Below, piece after piece: positions 48,973-60,293 of a stretch of DNA of 64,000 nt. The number at the start of each line of letters is the position of its first letter. Positions within the stretch are counted from its first letter, which is position 1. The stretch is from Candidatus Eremiobacteria bacterium (GTDB lineage Bacteria; Vulcanimicrobiota; Vulcanimicrobiia; Vulcanimicrobiales; Vulcanimicrobiaceae), in contig CAVTRC010000001.1 in assembly GCA_963737065.1 (NCBI GenBank), forward strand, positions 1,248,001 to 1,312,000. Reading direction: 5' to 3'. The notes below the pieces were generated by a model. It was not told the DNA's origin. It saw only the letters and a list, made by a program, of their open reading frames with translations, and did not search any database. The position numbers and the translations under genes were made by a program.

Positions 48973-50614
48973 TGCACGGAGGTCCGTCGACCAAATACAG
49001 CGCGCCGCTGCCGTTCGTATGGACGAGCGTTCGCGTGCGGCCATAGAGCGGATCGACCGTGGGCCGTTTCTTCTGTGTGACAAGCCAGACGCGCGGGTGC
49101 GCGCAGATGACGTTGCGCGCCGGCTGTCCTTCGTCGCTGGTCATAGCGCCGGGCGGCGCCAGCGCGTAGACCGGCGGCATCGTGTAAAACAAGAGTGCGT
49201 TCGCACCGCGAAAGTCTTGAATCGCCACGGCGTCGCCCGCTCTGCGGCGCTGATCGATGATGCGTGCGAAGTCCGGAACGGGCTTGAACTGTTCGGCGTG
49301 CGGCAACGCGACGATCGCAAGAATGTCGACCGCAACCAGCGTCGCCGCGCTGAGCGCATACGGAGCCCATTCGATCGTGGACCGGCGGAGCAGCAGAAGC
49401 GTCGTGATCAGGGATCCGATGAAGATCGCGAGCCCGAATTCGATCAAGTCCGGCGCGACGCTCAGCGCGGACGCCGTCAATTTGTTATCGCGGACGAAGA
49501 CGGTGACCGCAATCGCGCAGAGGCCGATGAAGATCGGAACGCTCGCTGCGGACATCACGATCGAACGGCTCGTACCCTTGCGAAGAACCGCATCGAAGTA
49601 CAAGGCGACGATTAATGCGAGCGCGGGGCATTCGAGCGCGATGTAGTTGGGAAGCTTCGTTGCGGCCAAACTGAAGAACACGAACGGCACGACGATCCAT
49701 GTGAATGCGAGCCGCCACAGTCGCGCGATGTTATTCGGCGTCGCGGGCGAGCGAAGAGCACGCACACCGTAGACAATTGCCATCGGAAGGAATGCAATCC
49801 ACGGGAAAAAGCCCAGTATGACGACCGGAATGTAGTACCATACAGGCCCCGCTTGATTTTCGATAACGCCGGTGTAGCGTCCGATCGTGTAATGCCCGAT
49901 GAGTTGAACGAGCGCGCGTGTTCCCGAGTGAACGGCGATTGCAATGAGCCACGGCGCGACGATTGCCACGTAAGCGAGCAGTCCGCCGATCCAGCCGCGC
50001 GCGGTCGGTAGATGCGTCGGCTCTTCTCGGTGGTTCCAGAATGCAAAGGGTACGATCACGAGCAACGCGACGACGGGTGCAACCGGTCCCTTCGCAAGGA
50101 AACCGAATGCTACCGCAATCCATCCGTAAATGAAATACCGGTTGCGCCCGGTTTCGAGCGAGCGAAACCACCAGAAGATTGCGAGCGCGACGGCGAGATC
50201 GAGCAGTGCGTCCATGATCGCGAGCCGCCCGATAACGGCTTGGAACAAGCAGCTGGAAAGGACGATGCTCGCGCACACGCCGATCCGCGTTCCCGCTTGG
50301 CGCGAAACGGCATAGCCCGTCATCGCACCCATGACGATCGTCGCAAGTGCCGAGGGCAGCCGCAATGCAAACGCCGAGAGGCCGAACGCCTTGACGAACA
50401 GCGCGGCAATCCAAAAATAAAGCGGCGGCTGAACGAACCATGGGGCGCCGTTGAGATGCATCACGACCCAATCGTGCGTGAGAAGCACCTCGCGAGCGAC
50501 CTCCCCGTAGGCGGTTTCACTGTTGTCCCACAGCGTTCCGACGCCGAGGCCGGGGAGCGTGATAAGCGCCGCGATAACAGCACCGACAAAAGCCGCACGC
50601 GCGGGTCTCTCCAT
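48962..50614 (-). CDS. ArnT/PMT-family (GT-C) glycosyltransferase
   Basis: 'DNSETAYGEVARE', 'QPPLYFW', 'LRLPSAL', 'LAKGPVA', 'TKLPNYI'. Confidence 0.88.
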   Translation of the reverse strand: MERPARAAFVGAVIAALITLPGLGVGTLWDNSETAYGEVAREVLLTHDWVVMHLNGAPWFVQPPLYFWIAALFVKAFGLSAFALRLPSALATIVMGAMTGYAVSRQAGTRIGVCASIVLSSCLFQAVIGRLAIMDALLDLAVALAIFWWFRSLETGRNRYFIYGWIAVAFGFLAKGPVAPVVALLVIVPFAFWNHREEPTHLPTARGWIGGLLAYVAIVAPWLIAIAVHSGTRALVQLIGHYTIGRYTGVIENQAGPVWYYIPVVILGFFPWIAFLPMAIVYGVRALRSPATPNNIARLWRLAFTWIVVPFVFFSLAATKLPNYIALECPALALIVALYFDAVLRKGTSRSIVMSAASVPIFIGLCAIAVTVFVRDNKLTASALSVAPDLIEFGLAIFIGSLITTLLLLRRSTIEWAPYALSAATLVAVDILAIVALPHAEQFKPVPDFARIIDQRRRAGDAVAIQDFRGANALLFYTMPPVYALAPPGAMTSDEGQPARNVICAHPRVWLVTQKKRPTVDPLYGRTRTLVHTNGSGALYLVDGPPCNGT

Positions 50615-50663
50615 ATTGGCGGACGGTTTTTGGCGCGGGGATGAGGAACTCATCCGAAAGTCC

Positions 50664-52553
50664 ATGCTTCCGATTGCCTTGCGCTGTAATGGCCGCCGCG
50701 CGCTTCTCGTTGGTGGTGGAGACGTTGCCCTGCGCAAAGCGGAAACGCTTCTAGAAGCCGGCTTGATCCTTTACGTCGTCGCTCCGGACATCGACGTGCG
50801 CTTGCGCGCGCTCGTTGACGCGCGCAGCGGCCGGTGCATCGAGCGCCGCTATGCCGCCGGCGATATCGAAGGAGCCGATCTCGTAATCGCGGCGACGGAT
50901 GACGATGCGGTCAACGCGGCAGTGATCGACGATGCACGTGCAGCACGCGTCTTAGCATGCGACGCAAGCGATGCACGTCGCGGCGACTTCACGATGCAAG
51001 CGACGGTTCGCGTCGGCGATTTGACCTTCAGCATCGATTCAGGCGGCAGCACGCCGGCATTTGCAATGCGTCTGGCGCATGAAGTGAGCGAGCGTTTTGG
51101 AGCGCAGTACGGCGGTGCCGCACGAACGCTCGCGCGCATGCGCGTGTATGCCCGCACGGTCTTGAATCGCGACGAACGGGCCGCCGTTATGCGCCGGATG
51201 GCGGAACGCCCGATCGACGAACTCGCGAAGATGAATCCGGCCGAGGCGGAGCACGAGGTCGAAGAAATGGTTGCGCGCATTCGCACCATCGGTGGGCGCA
51301 GCGAAACGCAAGCGTTCGTGTGTGCGACCCGCGGCAGCGCGCTCGCGATCACGCAAAGCCGTTACGTCGCCGCACGTCTCGCCGAACACGGTGTTGCTTC
51401 CACGATGCTCAACGTGACGACGACGGGCGATCGCGTCCAAGACCGTCCGGTCGCCGCGATCGGCAGCGTGAACGTTTGGGTGAAGGAACTCGAACTTGCA
51501 TTGCGTGACGGACGCGCACACTACGCGGTTCATTCATGCAAAGACCTTCCCGCCGTGTTGCCGCCCGATATGGCGCTTGCCGCGATCTCACGACGCGAAG
51601 ATGCGCGCGATGCCTTTTGCAGCGAACGATTCGAGCGCTTCGAAGAGTTGCCCAGTGGAGCTGTCGTTGGAACGTCGAGCCTGCGCCGCCGCGCGTTTCT
51701 GCAAGCGCAACGTCCCGATCTTCGGTACGAGGACGTGCGAGGTAACGTCGACACCCGCTTGCGAAAGCTGCGCGAAGGAAAGTACGACGCAATCGTCTTG
51801 GCGATGGCCGGTCTGAACCGGCTCGACGCGCGCGCAACGCATACGGTACCATTCGAGCCGGATTCGATCGTGCCGGCCGTCGGACAAGGTGCGCTTGCCG
51901 TTGAAACGCTCGCGGAGAAGGGCGATGTGGCGGCCAGTCTTCACGAGGCGATCAATGATGAGCGGACGGAGATTTGCGTGACGGCCGAACGCGCCGCGTT
52001 ACGGGAATTGCGCGCGGGGTGCAATGCACCGCTCGGCATTCACGCTCGTGTCGTGGACGAGCGTTTGACGGTGAACAGCGCATACGCGGTGATGGGACGC
52101 AACGTTGTTCTTCGCGAAAGCGTCGCTACGGACGTCAATCTGCGAGCTGCGCGCGACGCGGGCATCGAGCTCGCGAAGAAGTTGACCGCCGCACTCGAGC
52201 GGGAGCGTCCAAAGCTCGTCGTACTGCCGCGCACGCAACACCATCCAAGCCGCATCGCCGCCGAGTTACGCGCTCGCGGCATGGAAGTCGTTGAACTGCG
52301 CGACGGCGAGCCGGGTCCCGACCCGGACGATCGCGTTCCCGACCTGCTCATCTTTCCGTCGAGCGGTTCCGTCGACGCAGCCCGCACGTACCTGCAAGCC
52401 TTGCGCCGCTACGAGCGACGGCCGCGCGTTGCGGCAATGGGCCCGCAATCCGGCGCGGCTGCGCGTGACGCGGGCTTCGAACCGGACATCATCTCGGGCG
52501 AAGCGTCGATCGACGCATTCGTCGCCATGATCGCGGAGCAACTGGATCGATGA
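50664..52553 (+). CDS. hemC: Fusion: precorrin-2 dehydrogenase/ferrochelatase (CysG-B/SirC-like) + hydroxymethylbilane synthase + short HemD-like domain
   Basis: '[12 protein letters not shown]', 'IAATDD', 'GGSTP'; 'ATRGSALA', 'VHSCKDLP', 'GTSSLRR', 'RGNVDTRL', 'AGCNAP'; 'FPSSGSV...AAMGPQS'. Confidence 0.9.
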   Translation: MLPIALRCNGRRALLVGGGDVALRKAETLLEAGLILYVVAPDIDVRLRALVDARSGRCIERRYAAGDIEGADLVIAATDDDAVNAAVIDDARAARVLACDASDARRGDFTMQATVRVGDLTFSIDSGGSTPAFAMRLAHEVSERFGAQYGGAARTLARMRVYARTVLNRDERAAVMRRMAERPIDELAKMNPAEAEHEVEEMVARIRTIGGRSETQAFVCATRGSALAITQSRYVAARLAEHGVASTMLNVTTTGDRVQDRPVAAIGSVNVWVKELELALRDGRAHYAVHSCKDLPAVLPPDMALAAISRREDARDAFCSERFERFEELPSGAVVGTSSLRRRAFLQAQRPDLRYEDVRGNVDTRLRKLREGKYDAIVLAMAGLNRLDARATHTVPFEPDSIVPAVGQGALAVETLAEKGDVAASLHEAINDERTEICVTAERAALRELRAGCNAPLGIHARVVDERLTVNSAYAVMGRNVVLRESVATDVNLRAARDAGIELAKKLTAALERERPKLVVLPRTQHHPSRIAAELRARGMEVVELRDGEPGPDPDDRVPDLLIFPSSGSVDAARTYLQALRRYERRPRVAAMGPQSGAAARDAGFEPDIISGEASIDAFVAMIAEQLDR

Positions 52554-53521
52554 ATATCCGCCCGCGCCGTTTGCGGCGCACGTCCGTCGTCCGCTCGCTC
52601 GTGCGCGAACATCACGTGCGCGTCGATCGTCTCGTGCAGCCGCTCTTCGTCGTTGCGCGGGCGTCCGACGCCGGCGCAATTTCTTCGATGCCCGGGGTAT
52701 CGCGTCTAACGGTGGATCAAGCCGTCGACGAAGCGCGCGAACTGTTCGCTCTCGGCGTCCGCAGCGTGCTGCTTTTCGGCATTCCGGAGTTCAAAGACGC
52801 GCTCGCGTCGAGCAATTACGATCCCAACGGCGTCGTGCAACAGGCGATTCGGGCGCTCAAAACAGCGCTGCCCGAGATATACGTGATTGCCGATCTCTGC
52901 AACTGCGAGTATACGGATCACGGGCATTGCGGCATCGTTGACGAGCGGGGCGGCATCGACAATGATGCGACCGTTGCATTGCTCGTGCGAACCGCGCTCA
53001 CATATGCGGAAGCCGGCGTCGACGTCGTCGCCCCCTCGGACATGATGGACGGCCGCGTCGAAGCGGTCCGCAGCGCGCTCGACGCGCGATCGTTCGAAGA
53101 CGTGTCGATCATGGCGTACAGCGCAAAATACGCATCCGCATTCTACGGTCCGTTTCGTGAAGCGGCTGACTCGGCGCCGCAGTTCGGCGACCGCCGCACG
53201 TATCAAATGGATCCACCGAACGCGCGCGAAGCGCTGCGCGAAATGGCGCTGGATATCGAAGAAGGCGCCGATTTTATCATGGTCAAGCCCGGCCTCGCGT
53301 ATCTCGACATCGTGCGCGCCGCGCGGGACAATTTCGACGTGCCGATCGCCGTTTATAACGTAAGCGGCGAATATGCGATGGTGCAGGCGGCGATCGCGAA
53401 CGGTTGGCTCGAAGGCGATCGCACCGTCGATGAACTTCTCGTTTCGTTCGTGCGAGCGGGTGCGGACGTCATCATCACATACTTTGCAAAGGAGTATGCG
53501 CGACGTCATGCGGGCGGCTGA
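52550..53521 (+). CDS. hemB: Porphobilinogen synthase
   Basis: 'RPRRLR', '[11 protein letters not shown]', 'APSDMMDGR', 'FYGPFREA', 'MVKP', 'YNVSGEY'. Confidence 0.97.
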   Translation: MNIRPRRLRRTSVVRSLVREHHVRVDRLVQPLFVVARASDAGAISSMPGVSRLTVDQAVDEARELFALGVRSVLLFGIPEFKDALASSNYDPNGVVQQAIRALKTALPEIYVIADLCNCEYTDHGHCGIVDERGGIDNDATVALLVRTALTYAEAGVDVVAPSDMMDGRVEAVRSALDARSFEDVSIMAYSAKYASAFYGPFREAADSAPQFGDRRTYQMDPPNAREALREMALDIEEGADFIMVKPGLAYLDIVRAARDNFDVPIAVYNVSGEYAMVQAAIANGWLEGDRTVDELLVSFVRAGADVIITYFAKEYARRHAGG

Positions 53522-54071
53522 TGTAACGACGGTTATCCTTGCCGGTGGCCGCGCGACGCGCCTCCCCGGGAAGCTCGAACGTCTGATCGCGGGCGAACCG
53601 CTGCTTGCGCGTGTATATCGCAACGTGCGCGACGCGGCGCCCGTCGTCATCGCGGGTGCGGGAACGTTTGCGCCGCAGCTCGATGCCGTGCTCGACTGCC
53701 CGCTCATCATCGATCGTTGGCCCGGACGCGGACCGCTCGGGGGATTGGTTTCGACGTGCGGCGAGATTCCGACGCCGTGGATTTTTGCGCTCGCGGGTGA
53801 CGCGCCTAATGTCACGCCGCGCGTGTTGGAAGCGCTGCTCGCCGCCCGCCGAGAGAACGACGAAGCGGTCGTGAGCGAGCACGACGGACGCGCAGAGCCT
53901 CTTGCATCGCTCTACCGCCGCGACGCGCTCAAGCGCGAAGGTCGCGCAGTGTTGCACGAGGACAAACCCTCGATGCACGCGCTACTCCGTCGCCTCCACG
54001 TACGGCGCGTACCATTGCCGGCCAGTCTCTTTCTCAATATCAATACCCCCGTCGATTTAGGGAGACTCTGA
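53508..54071 (+). CDS. mobA: Molybdenum cofactor guanylyltransferase-like protein
   Basis: '[12 protein letters not shown]', 'GPLGG', 'GDAP', 'EPLASLY', 'NINTPVD'. Confidence 0.85.
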   Translation: MRAADVTTVILAGGRATRLPGKLERLIAGEPLLARVYRNVRDAAPVVIAGAGTFAPQLDAVLDCPLIIDRWPGRGPLGGLVSTCGEIPTPWIFALAGDAPNVTPRVLEALLAARRENDEAVVSEHDGRAEPLASLYRRDALKREGRAVLHEDKPSMHALLRRLHVRRVPLPASLFLNINTPVDLGRL

Positions 54072-54101
54072 AGACGTGGCACGTCGCCTCGAAGGTACGT
54101 C

Positions 54102-55409
54102 GTGAAGTTCGAACGTTCGATTTCCGCTTTTGCTCGCGCGAAAAACGTCATTCCAGGCGGCGTGAACTCGTCCGTGCGCGCGTTCAAAGCGGTCGGCGGT
54201 TCGCCTGTCTTCATGAAGGGCGGAGCCGGTGCCATGATGACGGACATCGATGATAACGAATTCATCGATTACGTGCTCTCGTGGGGGCCGCTCATTCTCG
54301 GACACACGCATCCGGCCGTCGTTAAAGCGATTCAAAGCGCCGCTGCGCGCGGCAGTTCGTTCGGTACACCGACGGAAGCCGAGAGCGAACTTGCCGAGCT
54401 GATCGTCGCGATGGTTCCGAGCATCGAGCGCGTTCGCTTCACATCAAGCGGAACCGAAGCAACGATGAATGCCGTTCGCCTCGCGCGCGGCTTTACGCGC
54501 CGCGAACGGATCGTCAAATTCGCGGGTTGTTATCACGGTGCCGCCGACGCATTTCTCATTGCTGCCGGATCCAGTGCCTTGACGCTCGGCGTTCCGAATT
54601 CGCCCGGCATTCCGAAGAGCACCGCATCGGAGACGATCGTCGTTCCCTACAACGACCCCGAAGCGCTCGCTGCCGCCTTCGAACGATACGGCAGCGAAAT
54701 TGCGGGAGTCATCATCGAGCCGTACGTCGGTAATATGGGCCTCGTTTTACCGGACGACGGCTACTTGCAGCGCGTCCGCGATCTCTGCACGCAATACCAC
54801 GCCGTGTTGATTTTCGATGAAGTGATGACCGGATTTCGCGTCGCGCGCGGCGGCGCGCAAGAACGCAGCGGCATCATGCCCGACCTCACGACGCTCGGCA
54901 AAGTCATCGGCGGCGGTCTGCCGGTCGGTGCGTTCGGCGGACCCGCAGAGATCATGAACTATCTCACCCCGGACGGTCCGGTCTTTCACGCAGGAACGCT
55001 TTCCGGAAATCCGCTTGCGATGGCGGCTGGAGTCGCGACGCTGAAGTTCGTCCGCGACGACACTACGCTCTACGAACGGCTGCAGGTTCTGACGCGGCTG
55101 CTGGCCGACGGCCTGCACGAGATTTTCTCCAAGCACGCCGTCCCACACACCACGGCGTACGCGGGTTCGATGTTCGGCTTTTTCTTCACGGACGGCCCCG
55201 TTCGTGATATGGAGAGCGCCATGAAGTCAGATACGGCACTCTACGCGAAGTACTTCCATGCAATGCTGGAACGCGGCGTGTATCTCGCTCCCTCGCAGTT
55301 CGAAGCCGGCTTCATCTCGAGCGCCCATACGACGCGCGACATCGAGCGTACGCTTGCTGCCGCCGACTCGAGCCTCTCCGAGATTCGCGCACGCGTGGGC
55401 TCGGCGTAG
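54102..55409 (+). CDS. hemL: Glutamate-1-semialdehyde 2,1-aminomutase
   Basis: 'PGGVNSSVRAF', 'SGTEATM', 'FDEVMTGFR', 'GKVIGGGLPVG', 'PSQFEAGF'. Confidence 0.97.
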   Translation: MKFERSISAFARAKNVIPGGVNSSVRAFKAVGGSPVFMKGGAGAMMTDIDDNEFIDYVLSWGPLILGHTHPAVVKAIQSAAARGSSFGTPTEAESELAELIVAMVPSIERVRFTSSGTEATMNAVRLARGFTRRERIVKFAGCYHGAADAFLIAAGSSALTLGVPNSPGIPKSTASETIVVPYNDPEALAAAFERYGSEIAGVIIEPYVGNMGLVLPDDGYLQRVRDLCTQYHAVLIFDEVMTGFRVARGGAQERSGIMPDLTTLGKVIGGGLPVGAFGGPAEIMNYLTPDGPVFHAGTLSGNPLAMAAGVATLKFVRDDTTLYERLQVLTRLLADGLHEIFSKHAVPHTTAYAGSMFGFFFTDGPVRDMESAMKSDTALYAKYFHAMLERGVYLAPSQFEAGFISSAHTTRDIERTLAAADSSLSEIRARVGSA

Positions 55410-55424
55410 GGTCCAGGCGCCCTT

Positions 55425-56066
55425 ATGATCGATCCGGCGATCCCGCGCCTCTACGCATACCGTCGCGCGCTCTGCGAAGCGCAAGCGGTGGGCAAGACCA
55501 CGATCACCTCACACGGGCTCGCCGCAACGCTGGGTCACGCCATTTCCAGCACGCAGATACGCAAGGACCTCTCGACGCTCGGCGCGCTCGGCCGTCGCGG
55601 CCAAGGATATGCGATCGACCCGCTCGTCGAGCAGCTCGCGTGGGTTCTCGGATTGGAACAGGATTGGCGTGTCGCGATCGTCGGGTTCGGCTACTTAGGT
55701 CATGCGCTTGCAACGTTCATCACGTCGCGAGAATCCCGGTTCAAGATCGCGGCGATCTTCGACCGCGCGACGGACGTCATCGGAACGGCGTGGCAGGGTA
55801 TCGTGGTCTCAGACATTACGCACATGGAACGGATCGTGCAGGACGCCGGCTGCAACATCGGCGTGATCGCTGTCCCCGCTGCCGCCGCGCAAGCGAGCGG
55901 GCAGCGTTTGGCATCCGCCGGCGTGCGCGCGATTTTGAACTTCGCGCCCGCGTCGCTCCATTTGCGCGCGCCGGTCATCGTCCGCAATATCGATCTCGCC
56001 GGTGAAATGTCGATCCTCACGCATTGGTTGACCGCGATCGATGCCGTCGACGAGGCGCAAGCGTAA
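55425..56066 (+). CDS. rex: Redox-sensing repressor Rex
   Basis: 'QIRKDLSTLGALGRRGQGY', 'VGFGYLG', 'AILNFAP'. Confidence 0.92.
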   Translation: MIDPAIPRLYAYRRALCEAQAVGKTTITSHGLAATLGHAISSTQIRKDLSTLGALGRRGQGYAIDPLVEQLAWVLGLEQDWRVAIVGFGYLGHALATFITSRESRFKIAAIFDRATDVIGTAWQGIVVSDITHMERIVQDAGCNIGVIAVPAAAAQASGQRLASAGVRAILNFAPASLHLRAPVIVRNIDLAGEMSILTHWLTAIDAVDEAQA

Positions 56067-57406
56067 TGCCGTTAGTGTGCATGGGACTCTCGCACCACAC
56101 GGCGCCCATCGAAGTGCGCGAGCATCACGCGTTTCCTGCGTCGCGCGTGGTCGAAGCGTTGACGGCGCTGCTCGATTACGAAGCGGTGAAAGAAGCGGTG
56201 ATGCTTCAAACGTGCGGGCGCCTTGAAATTTATGCCGAGATCGACGACTATGAGCCCGGCGTCGCGCAACTGCGCAGCTTTTTGAGCAACTTCGGTCACG
56301 GCTCCGCGCGCGAGCGCTACGACCTGGATTCGTATCTCTACACGCTCCTCGGACGCCAGGCGGTCGAACATCTCTTCCGCGTCGCAACCGGCCTCGATTC
56401 GATGCTGATCGGTGAAGCGGAGATCCTCGGGCAAGTCAAAGACGCATACATCGACGCGCAGAAAGCAAAGTCGCTCCGCCGCACGTTACATCGCCTGTTC
56501 CGCGAAGCGCTCAACGCGGGCAAACATGCCCGCACGCAAACCTCCATCGGCGAGGAATCAAGTTCGATCGCGACCGCGGCAATTGAGGCGGCGAAAGCGC
56601 GACTCGGCGTGCTGGACGGAAAATCGGTCGTCGTAATCGGCGCCGGAAAGATGGGGCGCACGGCGGTGCGGCGCTTGCGTCAAGAAGGCGCCGATCACCT
56701 GATCGTCACGAACCGCAGCATATCGCGCGCGCAAGAACTCATTGCCGAAGTCGGCTTCGGTGAAGCGGTTGAGATGCCGGGCCTCGTCGATGCGCTCGCT
56801 GCGGCCGATATCGTCGTCACGTCGACCGGCGCGTCGCATTTCGTCGTGACGCACGACCATGTCGTGCGCGCCATGGAGCGCCGTCCCGATCGCCCGCTCT
56901 TTATCATCGACATCGCGGTACCGCGTGACGCAGATCCCGACCTCGCAACCATCGCGAACGTCGCGCTCATCGACATCGACGGGTTGAAAACCGTCGTCGA
57001 CGAGAAGATGGACGTGCGACGCGAAGCCATTCCGGCCGTTGAAGAGATCATCGCCGAGTTCATCGATCGTTTCAGCGCGTGGTACGGGTCGCGACTCGCC
57101 GTGCCGGTCATTGCATCGCTGACGCAAAAAGCCGAGGCGATTCGCCTCAGGGAGCTCGAACGCGTCTTCTCGCGCTGTCCCGACTTGAGCGAGCGTGAAA
57201 AGATGCTCGTCACCGGCATGTCGATGACGATCGTTTCGAGACTCTTGCATTCCGTCGTCACGAAGATCCGCGAGAAGGCCACGAGTAATCACGCCGAAGC
57301 GCTGATGCATGCGCGCATGCTCGACGAACTCTTCGAGCTCGACCTCGCCGAACGTATTTCCGAACTGATGCCGCATCCGCGACTCGCGGACGCCGGCGAT
57401 GAATAG
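56066..57406 (+). CDS. hemA: Glutamyl-tRNA reductase
   Basis: 'HHTAPIEVRE', 'TCGRLEIY', 'GLDSMLIGEAEILGQVK', 'IGAGKM', 'DIAVPRD'. Confidence 0.96.
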   Translation: MPLVCMGLSHHTAPIEVREHHAFPASRVVEALTALLDYEAVKEAVMLQTCGRLEIYAEIDDYEPGVAQLRSFLSNFGHGSARERYDLDSYLYTLLGRQAVEHLFRVATGLDSMLIGEAEILGQVKDAYIDAQKAKSLRRTLHRLFREALNAGKHARTQTSIGEESSSIATAAIEAAKARLGVLDGKSVVVIGAGKMGRTAVRRLRQEGADHLIVTNRSISRAQELIAEVGFGEAVEMPGLVDALAAADIVVTSTGASHFVVTHDHVVRAMERRPDRPLFIIDIAVPRDADPDLATIANVALIDIDGLKTVVDEKMDVRREAIPAVEEIIAEFIDRFSAWYGSRLAVPVIASLTQKAEAIRLRELERVFSRCPDLSEREKMLVTGMSMTIVSRLLHSVVTKIREKATSNHAEALMHARMLDELFELDLAERISELMPHPRLADAGDE

Positions 57407-58917
57407 CGGAACCGTCTCGCTCGTCGGCGCGGGACCCGGTGATCCCGGCCTTTTGACTCTCCGAGCCGCGGCTGCGTTGCAGCGCGCGGACGTGCTTCTC
57501 TACGATGCGCTCGCAAGCGACGCAGTCGTCGCGATGGTGCCTGCGTCGTGCGAATGCATCTTTGTCGGCAAACGCGGAGCGAATCACGCGATGCCGCAGA
57601 GCGAGATCGAAGCGCTGATGATGCGAAAAGCGCGCCAAGGAAAGACCGTCGTGCGACTCAAGGGCGGCGACCCGTTCGTGTTCGGTCGCGGCGGTGAAGA
57701 GGCGCAGACGCTGCGCGAAGCGGGCATTCCGTTTGAGATCGTGCCGGGCATCACGTCGGCGATTGCCGCGCCCGCGTATGCCGGTATTCCGGTGACGCAC
57801 CGCGAGTTCAACACCGCGTTCACGGTGCTCACCGGACATGAAGATCCGGCCAAATCCTCATCGACGATCGACTGGGCGAAACTCGCCGATCCGCATCGCA
57901 CGCTCGTACTTCTGATGGCGATGGGAAATCTCGACACGATCGCCCACACATTAGTGGATCACGGGCTGAGTACGGAAACGCCGGTCGCCGTCATCCAAGA
58001 CGGCACACGACCGACGCAACGAACCGCGGTCGGGACGCTGTCCACGATCGCAGACGTCGCGCGTACCGGCGGACTGGAAGCGCCGGCAATCGTCGTCGTC
58101 GGCGACGTCGTAACGTTGCGCGACGAACTTCGGTGGTTCGATCGGACGCCGCTCTTCGGCAAGCGGGTGTTGGTCACGCGTCCCGCGCATCAGGCAGAAC
58201 AATTCGCGAACGCACTCTATGCACGCGGCGTAGAGCCGATTCTCGCGTCGACGATTGCGATCGTCCCGCCCGACGACATTCATGCCGCGCATCGCGAGAT
58301 CGACCGGCTGGCGGAATACGCATGGCTCGTCTTCACTTCACAGAACGGCGTCGATGCATTTTTCGACCGTCTGAATTCGCTTGATGCCGACGCGCGCTAC
58401 ATCGGAAAAACGAGAGTCGCTGCGATCGGGGAAAAGACCGCCGAGCGGCTGCGCGAGAACGGTGTTCGCGCCGACATCATCCCGGCTGCGTATATCAGCG
58501 AAGAGGTCGCGCGAACGTTGATCGAGGCGACGAACGACGGCGATCGGATTTTGATCTACCGCGCGCAAGAAGCGCGCGACGTTCTTCCCGAGATGCTCGA
58601 AGACGCCGGCCGCGTGCCAACCGTCGTCGCAACGTATAAAACCGTGTTCGACGCGGATCCGCAGTTTGCCGAGAAAGTCGCGCGCGCCGATATTTTGACA
58701 TTTACGAGCGCGAGCACGGTTCGAGGGTTCGTCGAACTGCTCGGCAGCGAAGTGGCCGCCATCGCGGCCGCGCACAGGCAAGCTCATCGCGTGTATCGGA
58801 CCAATCACGGCCGAGGCAGCAGAGAGCGCGGGGCTGCATGTCGACGTGGTCGCCGACGTTTATACGACCGAAGGACTGCTCGACGCACTCGAAGCGCACC
58901 TTACGCTCTTTGCATGA
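57399..58917 (+). CDS. cobA: Uroporphyrinogen-III methyltransferase/synthase fusion (CobA-HemD), +1 frameshift near 58776
   Basis: 'VGAGPGDPGLLT', 'RLKGGDPFVFGRGGEE'; HemD 'FTSQNGV', 'FTSASTV'; tail 'GKLIACIGPITAEAA...GLLDAL' in the shifted frame ending TGA 58915-58917. Confidence 0.92.
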
Positions 58918-58945
58918 GCGCGTCTCGGACACGCACCGGCATCAC

Positions 58946-59713
58946 GTGCAAGCGCTGATCGGGATTGCACTCGCCGCCGTCGTCGCATACGCGGCTCATC
59001 GGGCGCGTGCGCTTACGTTCAGCGGCGCGATTGCAGCGCTCGTCATCGGTGCAATCACGTTCGGCATCGGAGGATGGCAAGCCGCAGTTACCGTTTTCTC
59101 GTTCTTCATTCCATCCACGATCTTGTCGCGCGTCGGAAAGCGCCGCAAACGTGAATTCGTCGACGTCGGCAAACAAGGCGCACGTGACGCTTGGCAAGTC
59201 GCGGCAAACGGCGGGATAGCCGCGCTCGCGATGCTCTTTGCGCCGCGCTTCGGCGGTATCATGCTCGCAGCGTTCGCCGGTGCATTCGCCGCCGCATCAG
59301 CCGATACGTGGGGCACGGAAATCGGCACTCTGGCACGCGCAACGCCACGTTCGATACGTACGCTCAAACCCGTACCAACGGGCCTGTCGGGGGGCATAAC
59401 TGCGCAGGGAACGATTGCGGAATGTGCGGGCGCGCTTTTCGTCGGCGGCGTGGCTGCAGCGCTGCACGTCGCGCCGCTTCTCCCGGTCGCGGTTGGCGGC
59501 ATCGCGGGCGCCTTTCTCGATTCCGTACTCGGCGCAACGGCACAGTCGTTGCGGTACTGTGGGCGATGTGGGCGCGAATGCGAGACGAATCCCCACGCGT
59601 GTGGAACGCCGACGGCGCTGCGCCGCGGGTTCGAGTGGTTCGAAAACGACGCCGTCAATTTCGCCGCGACGCTGTGCGGCGCCGTCGTCGCAATCGTGCT
59701 GACGCGAGCGTGA
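58946..59713 (+). CDS. DUF92 (TMEM19-like) membrane protein
   Basis: 'RDAWQVAANGG', 'ADTWGTEIG', 'GLSGGIT', 'DSVLGATAQ', 'NDAVN'. Confidence 0.92.
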   Translation: MQALIGIALAAVVAYAAHRARALTFSGAIAALVIGAITFGIGGWQAAVTVFSFFIPSTILSRVGKRRKREFVDVGKQGARDAWQVAANGGIAALAMLFAPRFGGIMLAAFAGAFAAASADTWGTEIGTLARATPRSIRTLKPVPTGLSGGITAQGTIAECAGALFVGGVAAALHVAPLLPVAVGGIAGAFLDSVLGATAQSLRYCGRCGRECETNPHACGTPTALRRGFEWFENDAVNFAATLCGAVVAIVLTRA

Positions 59714-59718
59714 AATCC

Positions 59719-60293
59719 TTACCGGCGAACCGATTCGACGATCAAAAACCACGGCCGCGTTGCGAGCCGCTGCTCGTGCGCCGACGCACCGTGCGCCGCG
59801 GGTAATTGCGGTTCGATGAGCCGCCGCAGCGAAAAGTTTGCCGCAACGAGTTCGTTGATTATCGCGTCCAGCACGTGCTGTGTTTTGAAGTAAACCTCCA
59901 CGAGCGGGCCGGTCATTGCGGGGTGATGTACTGACATGACGAAGCGCCCACCGGGAACGTGAGCGAACACACAATGAGATCGACGCTCGCGTCGTCCATC
60001 CATCATAGCGGCTCGGCCAAGTCATGGCGCCGGGCGTAGACGTTGCGTAGTTGCTTCGCATCGACGATCGCGATCATCTGCGCGCTTGCGTCCAGGGCGG
60101 TGACCGCTGCAGCGGTTGCGAAAGCAGCGGCGTAATAGCCCGCAGCGCATCCCGCGTCGATGATCCGCAGGCCGGCGACGTCGCCGATCGCGTGTAGCAT
60201 CGCCGGCCGTTCGTACCCGGCATTGTACAAACTCGCATCAGCGTGACGCGCGTACGTGCGAGCGTCCGCCTCATAGAGCGGATTACGTGCCGT
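59719..60293 (-). pseudogene. Class I SAM-dependent methyltransferase, decayed
   Basis: 'YERPAM', 'IDAGCAAG'; in-frame TGA at 60003-60005, frame change between 'DLIVCSL' and 'PGGRFVMSVHHP', no ATG start. Confidence 0.8.
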
